Of a stretch of 64,000 nucleotides of DNA, positions 34,798 through 47,491 are shown piece after piece; position 1 is the stretch's first letter, and the number at the start of each line of letters is the position of its first letter. A program made the translations under genes and the position numbers. The notes under the pieces were generated by a model that was not told where the DNA came from, did not search any database, and worked only from the letters and a program-made list of their open reading frames with translations. This DNA comes from Mytilus californianus. Lineage: Eukaryota. The stretch covers positions 16,864,001-16,928,000 of the forward strand of contig NW_026262668.1 of NCBI RefSeq assembly GCF_021869535.1, written 5' to 3'.

Positions 34798-35645
34798 TAA
34801 GGTAGCAAATAATTTTAAAGATTTGAATTGTTTGTGAAAAGGGGGCATTTCTGCATTGAAAGTCTTTGGAATGCTAAATAAACATGTTTTAGGTTGTTAA
34901 CACCAGCAAGGTCATGTATAGAGAAGAAACAATAATATCAAAATTTAACTTTTTCATTTAGTAAATTAACTGAATTGTTAAACATGTACAGAGCCTCCAA
35001 AATCTTTGAAAGTTATGAAAATTTAATAAATAGCAAGAATAATATTACATGCAAATTATGCATGTAATAAGATTATGTATTGAATTGATATGATTTGGCT
35101 AGCAGTATTTTGTAACATACATGTTTAATTTAATGCTTAGATTAAACTAAATATGAAACGAAAGACAACATAGCAATTGTTTCAGTTTTTTTTTTACATA
35201 CCTCAAGTGATTTTTATATAAATGATTTAATTAGTTAAGATATGATTTCTTATATAAAAATCTTTTTTAATCAATTATATTATTTTGGAAATCATATATA
35301 ACTGGTTCAGATGGGAGATATGTGCAATGTGAAGAGGAACAGTTGATAACCTCAGAATTGTATTAATCCTTAGTGTAACTAGATATTACTGCAGTTTATT
35401 TATATGATATTAATTCTTTTCATTAATAGTCATGTCACATGTTAATTTTAATTTTATGACAATTTCAACTTTTTTTTCAAGATCATCACATGAATTATAC
35501 ACATGTTGCAAATTTTAACTTTGCAGAGAAAAAAAAATGTATCCTGAAGGCTAAAGTTAGTGAAGAACAGAAATTTTCATTTATTAATATCCATATCATA
35601 TGCTATTTCATAACATGACATTGAACACCAAATAAATCATTAATA

Positions 35646-35850
35646 GGGGACCTCGGTGGCAGAGTGGTCTAAGTAGTTGAACTACCGTATCACTTGCCTG
35701 TCAACACTGAGGTTGTGAGTTCATATCCAGCACATGGCAGATGCTTGACTCCAATCTTAATTGACTAGGATTATCAGTTTTCCTACTGAAGGTCGCGATT
35801 CTCTCTGTGCACTGTGGCTTCCTCCACCTATAAAAACTGGCGCCACAAAA
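35646..35850 (+). mobile_element. tRNA-derived SINE
   Basis: A box TGGCAGAGTGG, degenerate B box GTTCATATCC; body matches 21821-22068. Confidence 0.7.
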
Positions 35851-38800
35851 TAGCCAAAATTATAACCAACATATTTGTATCACTAAAATGTGTTGACAAA
35901 TACAAGCAAAACAACTTTAAACACAATGCTGTTACAGTCCTTATAATGTTTAATTATGATAATATTAGCTTGCATAGACATTCCTGAAAATTCCATATTA
36001 TTACAATAAGTTTTAAAACCATTTGGGATGAAAAATGAATTTTACAAATGTGTTTTTCCAAGTTTGATTCCAAAGTTTATCTACATAAGAATTGTATATT
36101 TACATTGTTTTGTTACAAGTTTTATGAATATTTTATAAGAAGCTTTAATTATTTCCAGATATATTATGGTTACAATATTCATTTTCTGGAAATTATACAT
36201 AATGTGTTATTTAGAGGGGAATTTATACATTTAATAAATTTTCATTTTAATGCTATATATCTGTTATTTTATTTTCTGTTGAATGTGCATTCTTATATGT
36301 CAATAGCTTATGAATTAGATAAATAGATTGCATTTTAAGCCAGACTTTTGTCCTTCGAATAAATCAACAAAAACAAATTGCATTTAATAGAATACTTACA
36401 CTCCCCTGGTATCAGTTGGAACTTGAAGAACAAAAGAGAAAAGTTTTTATTTGGGAAGCAGACTTATTCATTTGTTCAAACACCTGTGAAAGAAATGTAA
36501 TTTCTGCTATAAGCCTCTACAAAAAGCAAGTTTATTTATTTTCAATTGATGTAAAAAAAAATACATTTATTGCAATTATTACTTAACCAAATACTTTCAG
36601 AAAATTACCAACATTGGATGCCAATAAAACACTTGCAAATACCTAAAAAGCAGGTTTTCACATTGTTATTTTCTTGTACAATCTGATTCTTATACCAAGA
36701 TAAAGTCTTAAAATTATCATATAAGGATTTTTTAGGAAGTTGTTTAAAAGTTACCGGGAAACAAAGGGTGTAATCAAAATCATTAGCTGACAAGACTACA
36801 CAATGGCCAATAAAAAAGCTAAACACATCAACATCCACAAAACACTACACAGAAAACTATTGATTGCTCATCTTAAATCATACTTAAACTAGCCAGGTAT
36901 GAACTTACATGCTCTGGAAGCAATTTCCTGCTCAACTAAAGGTACCCTTGTTATTGCTCAAGAATGATAAAACACAAATGATAGTCATAAATGATGAAAC
37001 GACAAGTCAAGTAGAATATTTAAAGGTTTCATGATGAGTCAGAATTGGATATCGCTTGATATCAACCAAGAGTTATTTACTTTCAGTATGTTAATAAATG
37101 AGCCTTTGGCAAGTGTATTATTGTATTATTCAAATTAATCAAATAACAAGAGTTAATATCAAGTGATATCCAATTCTCACAATCTGTTTCACCTATTTCT
37201 CTAATGGTAAAAATTATCTGTATGAAAAAAAAATTCTACCAAACATTGTACTCGTCTTTTGCACCAAAACAGTATGATGCCATACTTTTTGTTAGTCCAT
37301 ATCCTAACATAATCAGATGTTTTCAAGTTTTTTGTATGCGTCAGAACCGAATCAATTTTGACAAAAAACAATAATTTCAGGTTAAACATGAGTGTTTTGT
37401 ATAGTTTTGAAAAATCACAAATCTTAATAGATTATAGAAGTCTGTTGTGACAACAAAGTTATCATTGACCCTACAAATAACCAAAGGAAATGTCACAATT
37501 TTGTAACTCTTTGCAGGATAAACCAACCAAATAAATGCATTTTTCCTACCTGTATATCACTTATTCATATTACACTTTGTTTAATCTGAAATGAGAAATA
37601 CCTCCTCATGCAGGAAATAGAGAACAGGCTACATCCATAAGAGAAATATACTTCATATGAAGGTGCTGATGGAATGTTATATCAAAATGGAAAGGTGAGA
37701 ACTATTTTGTCATAAAGTTTAGATTTTAAAACATTTTAATGTAAATTACCGGGTACTAGGTTGAGGTCAAGAAATGGAAGTAGACCTTAGTATATATGTG
37801 GTATCCTTTATTTCAAATTAAATGGGATAGTTTTGATAAAAAAAAATAAACACATTTTGCATTATTAATAAAGTAAAAGAGTTTTAAAATATCCTTTTTA
37901 ACAGTGGGATAAGTAATAGAATGAACTAACACTTCTCTGGGGTATAATGTCAATTTGAGTGTCCATGTCGACTGTCCTAATTTGATTATTAATCTGGTTT
38001 TATCATTTGGCCCATAAAAATGTATTTACTGAACTTGATTCGAAAATGTCTCATGGGGTGAGGAAGACTCCTATAGACAATTTAATATGTCAAATGTCAA
38101 GATCACAGCAGCTATTGATACACATTTTGGTTTGAGGATGTTATCTTTTGAACCATAAGACTTGATTTAGTCCAACTTTTACCAAAGTTGGCTTGTTAAT
38201 ATACCCAAGAAACATGGAAGATTAATTTCCTATTGACTCTAGGATTCAATGGTTCAATTGATCAAAGGTCAAGGTCATAGTGCCTTATTGATATATACTG
38301 AAATTTGACCCAAATGTTGGTTTCCTGATGTTATTTTGAACCATTTATCCAACTTTTACCAAACTTGAATTGATAAGTGCCACGAGATGACAAAAACCCT
38401 TTGATTTTTAAGATAGTAAGTCACTAGGTCAAAGGTCAAAAGCAGCAACTGATAGACAGGAATGTTGAGTCAGGTGGAAAAATCTGATTTCAGGATATCT
38501 AGAACAAGATGACCAACCTTCACCAAACCTTGCTGGATGATGACCTTGGAAAGAACATTACAAATATCGATTTTTGGGTAGGTAAGTCAAAGGTAGGTCA
38601 CAGTACCTGTAAATAGGCTGAACTTTTAAGAAATGTTTTCAGTATAAACCTGAGTTATAAATCATGTGTTTACCTATCTGGTGGATAATGTGCCTTGGAT
38701 GGGGGAGTAGACTTGCAGTGATTTTCAGGTCACTGGGTCAAGCTTACAGCTGCAATTTACGAACTGAATTTTGACAAAAAATGTCAGCATACTTTCCCTT

Positions 38801-41800
38801 TTCTTCACTGAGGGGGTGGACAGCTTTTGAGGGAGGTGGGAGGTGGTGGAGAACAAAAGATTCTGAAAGTGGGAGGTGGGAGAATGGTACCCCCTGTCCA
38901 ACCCCTCTTCATTGTTTCACAAAAATCTGTTTCTTCTACTACAAATCTAACTATAAATATTGGAACTCGGCTCATGCAACCAGGGTGCTTCTGTAATGTT
39001 TTATGAGCTAATATCATAAGTGATCTATGATTTTGTTCTAAACGGAACCTAGAGTTTTGATACACAAATGTCAATTCAAGATGTCAGTGCAATAAAGGTT
39101 AAGTATGAAAATTGGGAGATGTGGTATGATTGCCAATGAGACAGCCACCGGAAACCAATTAACGTAGAAGTTATCAACTATATATAGGTCAGAGTACGGC
39201 CTTCAACAATGAGCAAAACCCATACCGCATAGCAAGCTATAAAAGGCAAAAACCGAAAAATGTAAAACAATTTAGACAAGGAAACTAACGGCCTGATTTA
39301 TTTATAGAGTAATAACTGAAAAACAAATATGATGAATAGCAACAAACGACAACCACTCAATTACAGTCTTCTTATACTATACTTGGGACAGGCACATACA
39401 GCATGTGGTGGGGTTAAACATGTTTGCTGGCACCCAACCCTTCCCCCTAACCTTGGACAGTGGTGTAACAGCACAACATAAAAACAAACTAAAAATCCGT
39501 TGAAAAGGGCTCAATCCATCAGAATGATAAAAGAAAAGTATAGTAATGGAGTTGATGGTCATTTATAAAAGAAATAACACAAAATTGTGTTTTAAATGAA
39601 CTAAATTTGTCATGTTACAGTGATCACTATCAAGCAGTAAGTTATACAACGTCATTTTTTTAAAATTGGGCACTGTATACGTTTTAGGGTTATCTATTTT
39701 CTAATTTTACCAAAATGGACCTGTATGTTTATATGAACTGTATAGTAATTAAGAATTTTTGGTATCCTTCACAGTCACCATAAGTTTTACCTACTCTCAC
39801 ATTAGTGCAATTTAGTGAAATCGTTGCTACTACAATCGAAATTGTAGGATGAGTTTATTCCATATGGGATTAGGAAAATGACAATATATATATATGGGCG
39901 TACAGTCAAGTATGGCCTATGATATTCCACATTCTCCAATAATTCCCATTTTCAGTATCCAACATTCTTGATTGAATTATCAATAAACCATATGAATTTT
40001 CACATGATTGTTCAGATGATTTCTCTAGGAATGAAAACCCTATAGGCCTCTAGATTTATTTCCTTCATAAACATAATTTGCCGAACATCGCTGCACATGT
40101 ATAAACGTTTCCTCTAGCTAACAAACTCACTCCTTCTCTTTAAGATATTTGTTACTACCAGAATCAATTGATCGCCAGATACTTCAGAAATTCCAGATAA
40201 TCAGCAAGTCATTGAAAAACATCTGCAGATTTCTGACGCTTTAGCAGACGATAACTGTCTGCATCGTCTGGTTTCTCTAGTACATCTAGTTGTCTGCCCT
40301 TATCAAGTACACCAGATTCTTACCAACCGTCTGGCAGGGTGGACAGTATTTCAAGAACAAATTGGAATTTAGAATTAGTGCTAAGGTAAGTCTTAAATAT
40401 TTATACGCTCACAGTCACACAATGTTTAGTTTTTACTGGATTTTTTTAAAAAATTTATAATGATCAACGTAAATTTGTAATAGAAAATTAAAGTCTTTGT
40501 CTACGAGATGCCTGCCTTATTAGTTCATATGACTTCTGAAACATAATCAGGATGTCGTCAGAAAATCAATGGAACCAGTAACTCAGTCATCGACGTTTCT
40601 TTCCCATCTTTCCAAAGTCCTGCTTGCGTTAAAGCCAAAACTTCCATTTCATCGATTAATGTCGTATTGTCTGGTATAGAATCAATTAGTTATTTTATCA
40701 GATTTACAGATTACTGGACATCCTGCAATGTATCACGTGACACGTGTATTTTACTATATGTACACGCAGTTATCGTTAGAGAACATCTGGAGAATTAATG
40801 ATTGCAGTCAGATAATTAACATTCAGCTAGTATGTGTACACATATAAAATTGGCATAGCTTCCAGTAAATAACTTTTGTAATTCCCAATGAATGTCTATT
40901 AAATAGGAACAGCATGTTCTCCTTGATAGGTATAAGTAGTACATATAGTTATAAACGTTTAATACGTTCAGCAATGGAAAGGAAGTAAAATCACAAAAAT
41001 ACTGAACTCCGAGGAAAATTCAAAAAGGAAAATCCCTAATCAAATGGCAAAATTAAAAGCTCAAACACATCAAACGAATGGATACCAACTGTCATTTTCC
41101 TGACTTGGTACAGGCATTTTCTTATGTAGAAAATGGTGGAAAGGACATATCATGTGGGCAGTCGACATATTTTAATTCCTAATTATTCACTCAACAGCAT
41201 GCAACCGACTATTTTTAGTGTAAATTAATTAAAGACCATACCATGTGCTTATGCCTTGGGGTTTTAGTTGTAATGTGAAACAACGGGAACTGATGCCGTA
41301 ATATTTTTTTTCCAGTTCAGAAGCCTGTATGCGGAAGAAAGCAAAGTTGAACTGGTGTCCTAAGAAGCGAAGAAGATTTAAAAGTGAGTTCAAATAATGT
41401 TGAACTTTAATTACTAAAACACTTACTGAAATTATGATTTATTTGTTATTGCTATAATTTCGTTATATCCTGTTCTTATATACTGCAGTTGTATGTAGTT
41501 TCTTTCATAATATCATCTCTTTAACAGCTGAGCCTTATATTTAAACTACAATCAAACACATTTAGTTGAAACATATATTTCTAAAAATTAGAAAAAATAA
41601 TGTTGAATAGATCGAGTCCACTTCTCATCTCATTTATAAATAGACATGAGATATATCCGACATTTGAGTATAAGAAGTACAATATTGTCTTCTGTCTTTC
41701 TGAAATAATAAAAAAAGTTGTCAGAAAATTGTTTGTTGTGCCTGCAGCTATTGATCTTAATGATCATTAATTGACTCCCAAAAGAGGGGTTTACTTTAGT

Positions 41801-42389
41801 AATTATAACCTATGAGGGGATTTATTGCCATGTAGGCCGTTGATTTGTTTAAAATTTTGTCATGCCGGGGCCTCTATAGCTTATTTTACAGTATTTGTTT
41901 TGCTCATTGTCGAAGGCCATACTTGGTCTTCGGTTGACATATGTCACGGTGGCAATCATGCCACATCTCCCTATTTTTATATTGAGAATAATGCGTGCTA
42001 GAGGCATTGGGTCTTCAGAAATAATACCTCAGTGGTAACATATGACCTTGACCCTAAACCTTGAACATGATTTTTTGAATAACTCAAAACCATGAACCGT
42101 TTAAAATTAATAGACAAGAATATAAGACGAAAAAATAGGGGTCATTTCTACCTCCTACACTTTGAAAATATTCGAATATCTTGAAAATGGTTAACACCTG
42201 GGCTCCAAAACCCCTAAACCGTATTATATTCTCTTGTTTGACATGTCAAGATGCATTGAAAGATATAAAGAATGTGTCCCCAGGGGTCACCCTCGCCCTT
42301 GACATTTGAGAATGTTCAAATTTCTTGAAAATGCTTGAGATCCCCGTGGTTAACTACAGTAATTTCTTGACTAATATGTCAAGGTCTGA

Positions 42390-45006
42390 TGTATATACAA
42401 AGGGTAAAGTGAGCTTTTCTCATCACTTAGCGTCCGTCGCCCGTCTTCCGTCGTCTTCCGTTTAATTTTACAAAATTCTTCTCTGAAACTATACTGGTCA
42501 AATTTAACAAATATGGCCACAACCATCATTGGGGTAACTAGTTTTAAAAATGTTTCCGATGACCCTACCTGCCGACCAACATGATCGACATGGCTAAAAA
42601 TAGAACATAGGGTAAAGTGCAAGTTTTGTCTATTACTTTGAAAACCGCTATAAATAGAGAAAATTTTACCAGAACATAATATTCAGAATGTTGAGTTCAC
42701 CTATTGCCTATTAACGTCAAAACTGTCAGACGACTTCTTATAGGAATTATTGCCCTTAAATGACAAATTTAACGATTTTTTTCTTTTGTTTTGAAAACTA
42801 TGATAAATACAGAGAAACTTTAAATAGGAAAAAAGATCAACAAGACGACATCTACAAATAAATTAACATGGTCTAAATTGTCAGACGACTCCTTTTTTGA
42901 GTTATTGCCATCAAATGACGATTTTTTACTATTTTTTTTGCGTTTTATACGACCGCAAAATGTTTGCGGCCGTATAATGGTATTGCGATGTCGTCGTCAG
43001 TTTTGTCGTGGTCGTCCGAAGACATTTGGTTTCTAGACAATAAATTGAGTATAAGTGAATGGATGTCTATGAAATTGTACCACAAGGTTCCATACCACTA
43101 AAGGAAGGTTGGAATTGATTTTGGGGGTTATTGTTCTAAGTGTTTAGGAATTACTTAAGGGGCCAAAAAAAAAAGCATTTTTCTTGTTTCAGGACAACAA
43201 ATTATGTTGAAGTGTATGGATCTCTATGAAATTGTACCACAAGGTTCCATATCTCAAAAGGATGGTTGGGATTGATTTTGGGGGTTATGGCCTAAATCGT
43301 TTAGGAATTAGGGACCAAAAACAAGGATTTTCTGGTTTCCGGGCAATAACTTGAGTATAAGTCTAAGGATCTCTATGAAATTGTACCACAAGCTTCCATA
43401 CCAGAAAAAGGAAGGTTTAGATTGATTTTGGAGGTTATGGCCCTTCCTGTTTAGGAATTAGGATAAAAAAAGGGGCCTAAAACAATACTTTTCTAATATT
43501 ATGTACAAATTGCCTATTTCTTGACCAATTTCAATGGGGTTTAATTCAAAGTCTTGAATTCTTGGGGTTCTTTAAACCGCTGAATCTTATCGTGTATTTA
43601 GATTTTGAAATTTAGGCCGCTTTTTTTAAATTGGTCCACATTGTGGTCCAAAGGGTCCAAAACTAAACTTTGTTTGATTTCATAAAATAATGAATTCTTG
43701 GGGTTCTTTGATATGCCGAATCCAACCGCGTATTTAGATTTTTAGGTTTGGGCCCCCTTTGCAAATTGCTCCAGTATGGAACAGGATCTGCTTACCCTTC
43801 CGGAGCACCTGAGATCACCCCCAGTTTTTGGTGGGGTTCGTGTTGCTTAATCTTTAGTTTTCTATGTTGTGCATGTCATCTGTACTATTATTGTCTATTT
43901 GTCTTTTTATTTTTGGCCATGGCGTTGTCAGTTTGTTTTCGATCTATGAGTTTGACTGTCCCTCTGGTATCTTTCGTCCCTCTTTTAAGGTCCAAAGCGT
44001 CCAAAATTAAACTTAGTTTGATTTTAACAAAAAAAATACTTGGGGGATTCTTTGATTTGCTGAATCTAAACATGTATTTAGATTTTTGATTTTAGGCCCA
44101 GTTTTCAAGTTTGTCCAAATCGGGGTCCAAAATAAAACTTTGATATCAACAAAAATTGAATATATGGGTTTCTTTGATATGCTGAATAAAATCATAGAAT
44201 TTAGATTTTGGATTTTGGGCCCCGATTTTGGCCCCATTATCAAATTGGTCCATATAGAGGTCCAAAGGGTCCAAAATCAAACTTTGTTGGTTTCATCTAA
44301 AATTGAATTCTAGTGGTTCTTTGATGTGCTGAATCTAACCATGTATTTAGATTTTGGATATTGGACCATGATAGGTAAATGTCCAATTTCAAATTTTTAA
44401 GTTCTTAGATCACATCCATTCAGTTTCAGAAACCTATGCAATGTCAAATTTTTAATCAATCGAAATTGAGAGCTGTATCAAACTTGAATGTTGTGTTCAT
44501 TCTTGCCCAAAATATTCAGGGTTCGACCTCTGCTGTCGTATCAAGCTGTGGCCCGCGGAGAATTGTATTGCCTAATATCTTTAAAAAACTATTATACATA
44601 GATGGAAACTTCAAAGATAAAAAAAAAAATGATCAGCAAGACAAAATCTACAAATGAGTCTAATGGCAAAAATCTTCAGTCGACTCGTTATTCATTGTTA
44701 TTGGAGTTATTGTTCTTAAATGACGATTTTTACCAGTTTTTAGTATTTTTTGCACATTATCTTGAAAACTATAATAGGTAGATAGACACTTTGAATAGCA
44801 AAAATGATCAGAAAGACCAGCGACTCTTTCCACAAAAAATCTTACGATTAAGATTGATCGCAAGTTATACTGAAATGTTCATGACTTACGAGTAATTTTA
44901 CTCTTAAGATTTTTTGTGAAAAGAGCCGCAGATCTACAAATAAGTTAGTTTATTAGTCCCCTACCGACGAAGTCGAAGGAGACTTTAGGTGTGCACTTCG
45001 TTCGCC

Positions 45007-45066
<60 letters not shown>

Positions 45067-46110
45067 CGTCAAATCAGTTTTCCACACTTTTTTCTTCATG
45101 CTTGAAGATATTGATTTGATATTTGGTGTATTGTTTTATCATGACAAGTTACAGATCAAGTTCGAATTTTGTTCTGGTCTGATAATTTTGTGCAGAGTTA
45201 TGGTCCTTTGACTTAGAAAATTCACTCAAATAATCAGTTTTCCGCACTTTTTTCGTCAAACTTGAAGATATTGATTTGAAAATTGGAATATAGTTTTATC
45301 ATGACAAGTTACAGATCAAGTTCAAATTTTGTTCCTGTCTGATGATTTTGTGCAGAGTTATAGTCCTTGTACTTAGAAAATTCACTTAAATAATCTGTTT
45401 TCAACAATTTTTTTCGTCATGGTTGAAGATATTGACTTGATATTTGTTATATAGTTTACACCATGACAAGTTATAAATCAAGTTAGAATTTTGTTCCAAT
45501 ACAATGAATTTTTAAACGGTAGGGGACTATGTATTGCCATGCAATACTCAACGAATGCTTGTTTAAAGTAATGCACTATTATACCCCAATGGGGTTGATG
45601 GCATACATGAAAATTAACAAAATAACACATAACATAATACATCACAAAAATAATAAAAAAGACGAACTCAACTTGGCTGAAATCGTTAGTCAACTCGTTA
45701 TTGGAGTTCTTGCTCTTTAATGAAGATTTTTATCAATTATTTGGTGATTGCCTATTATCTTGAATACTATAAAAGATAGATAGGAACTTTAAATAACAAA
45801 AATGATCAGCAAGATAAGATCTACAAACAAGTCAAATTTTGCAGAAATAGTTAGTAGACTATTTATAGGAGTTATTGCCCTTAAATGACCTTTTTTACCC
45901 TATTTTATGTTTTGGCCAAAAACTAAAGAAGACAGAGAAACTATAAGCAGAAAAAAATGATTAGCAAAACAAGATCAATAAAAAGAGATTTTGGTCATGA
46001 ATTCTATTTTTGTCTACTTGTCTACGATGCTGGAGAGTGTCCATTTTTGAAGATGAACATAGACCTAGGTTAGCGAGCGACACATGATCTTTAGAACCTC
46101 TTGTTTTGTG
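42390..46110. mobile_element. Nest of tandem-repeat elements; the host is split by 42945-44565 (reverse, itself interrupted at ~43775-43990) and by 44951-45530
   Basis: Host repeat units resume after each insert; (TCTG)n at 45006-45064; AGTCCCCTACC / GGTAGGGGACT inverted ends on the last insert. Confidence 0.55.
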
Positions 46111-46700
46111 TGTGTGTGGGGGGGGGGGGGGGGCTGTGCTTAGGTGGCTTCGTAGGTAGACTTGGTTACAACACCCTGTTACTATCGTTACTTATACAAT
46201 TTGAATCAAGCATCAATGGGATATGCACCTTCATATAAAAGGGACAGATTTTGGATCATCTCCTATCTCCTATTGAAACTTAAATTTAGCTAAAATTACA
46301 TTTCAGAGAACGTTTCAGGTTTTAGTTTAAGATAATTCATTTTAAGCTCACCTGGCCCAAAGGGCATTTCATTATTTCAGTCGGACATAAAGCATCCCGA
46401 GCAGTAATAACTGCACGATTATGGTATTTACTTAATAAATGGTATCATATTTATGACTAGGAACAGGCACATTCCTCGGGAAAATTGATTGGTAACGCTG
46501 AATTCGTTTGAGGCTGGATATCCCAGATGTCTGACAATCCGAGAAGGTTGCTTGTAAAAAGTACGGTATGGTTTTTTAATCATTTTTTAAGGCCGTACTA
46601 TGAACTATAGTTGTGTACATTCTCATCCTTTGGTCTACCGTGGATAGTTGTCACATTGGCAACCATACCGCATCCGCTTGATTTAATACATGCATATATA

Positions 46701-47385
46701 ATTGTCCAAATCCGGATATGGTGTATTCATTTTTGCACCTCATGTTTGCGGTATACCATCTTTTCCGGAAGTTTATTGTTTTCTGTTTGATATCAAATTA
46801 ATAATTAAGATCCATTTTGTTAAATCTGGTGATCCGTTTATTTGGCAATCGCCATGGCAGTCAGCGGGGTTTAAGAACATCCGTTGTTCGACCTGCTGGT
46901 CAAATGCGTTTTGTTAAAATATATTTTTTTCACATTTTTGGTCTTTTGGAAAATGTTGTTTGTGCTGTATTTTGACTCCTCTTCAAAGAAATTTGTTTTG
47001 CATGCACACGTATAAAAATTACGGTTTTTATCCAACGTAATCATAGGTGTGAACATCGTTTTCAATTTAGACTTGTTTATATTTTTTTCGTTTGGGCTTG
47101 TATTATATTTGCCTTCGGGTTTATATAATCCGTTCATCCGATTTCGACTCTTCAAAATTCAAGAGTCAAACCTAAATTGAGGTAAATTATATGGCCTTCC
47201 AAATACCGTTTCGATTCCTAACATCACTGAAGATCCATTAATTGTCGAAATCCGGATATGGTGTACAAATTTTGGCACCTCATGTTTGCGATATATACCA
47301 TCTTTTCCGCAAGTTTATTGTTTTCTGTTTGGTATTAGATTAATAATTAAGATCCATTTTGTTACCTCTGGTGATCCGTTTATTT

Positions 47386-47389
<4 letters not shown>
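46701..47389 (+). mobile_element. Retrozyme / PLE pseudo-LTR-like 540-bp repeat (about 1.3 monomers) inserted in (AT)n
   Basis: 46701-46847 is repeated at 47241-47389; AT runs on both flanks; hammerhead motif at the repeat junction. Confidence 0.65.
47221..47264 (+). ncRNA. Minimal type I hammerhead ribozyme motif, possibly inactivated in stem II
   Basis: ACATCA-CUGAAGA-UCCAUUAAUUGUC-GAAA-UCCGGA-UA-UGGUGU: 6-bp stem I, palindromic stem III (AUCCGGAU), AUA cleavage triplet; stem II lacks the closing G-C pair. Confidence 0.6.

Positions 47390-47437
<48 letters not shown>
47389..47437 (+). repeat. (AT)n microsatellite
   Basis: Read directly. Confidence 0.95.
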
Positions 47438-47438
<1 letters not shown>

Positions 47439-47491
47439 TGGACTTTTTGTAATCACACTTTGTATATTTTGTTCACTTTGTAGGGATTGTC

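Noticed and set aside
36400-36483. Selenocysteine reading of the single in-frame TGA in the 84-nt minus-strand exon candidate
   Set aside because: No redox motif, no recognisable protein family and no SECIS identified
40550-40680. Protein-like minus-strand frame (IDSIPDNTTLIDEMEVLAL...PLIF*)
   Set aside because: Only ~43 codons, no recognisable homology and no supported upstream exon
46871-47155. 94-aa minus-strand ORF inside the retrozyme-like unit
   Set aside because: No RT or GIY-YIG motifs; low-complexity Asn/Lys composition expected by chance in AT-rich DNA
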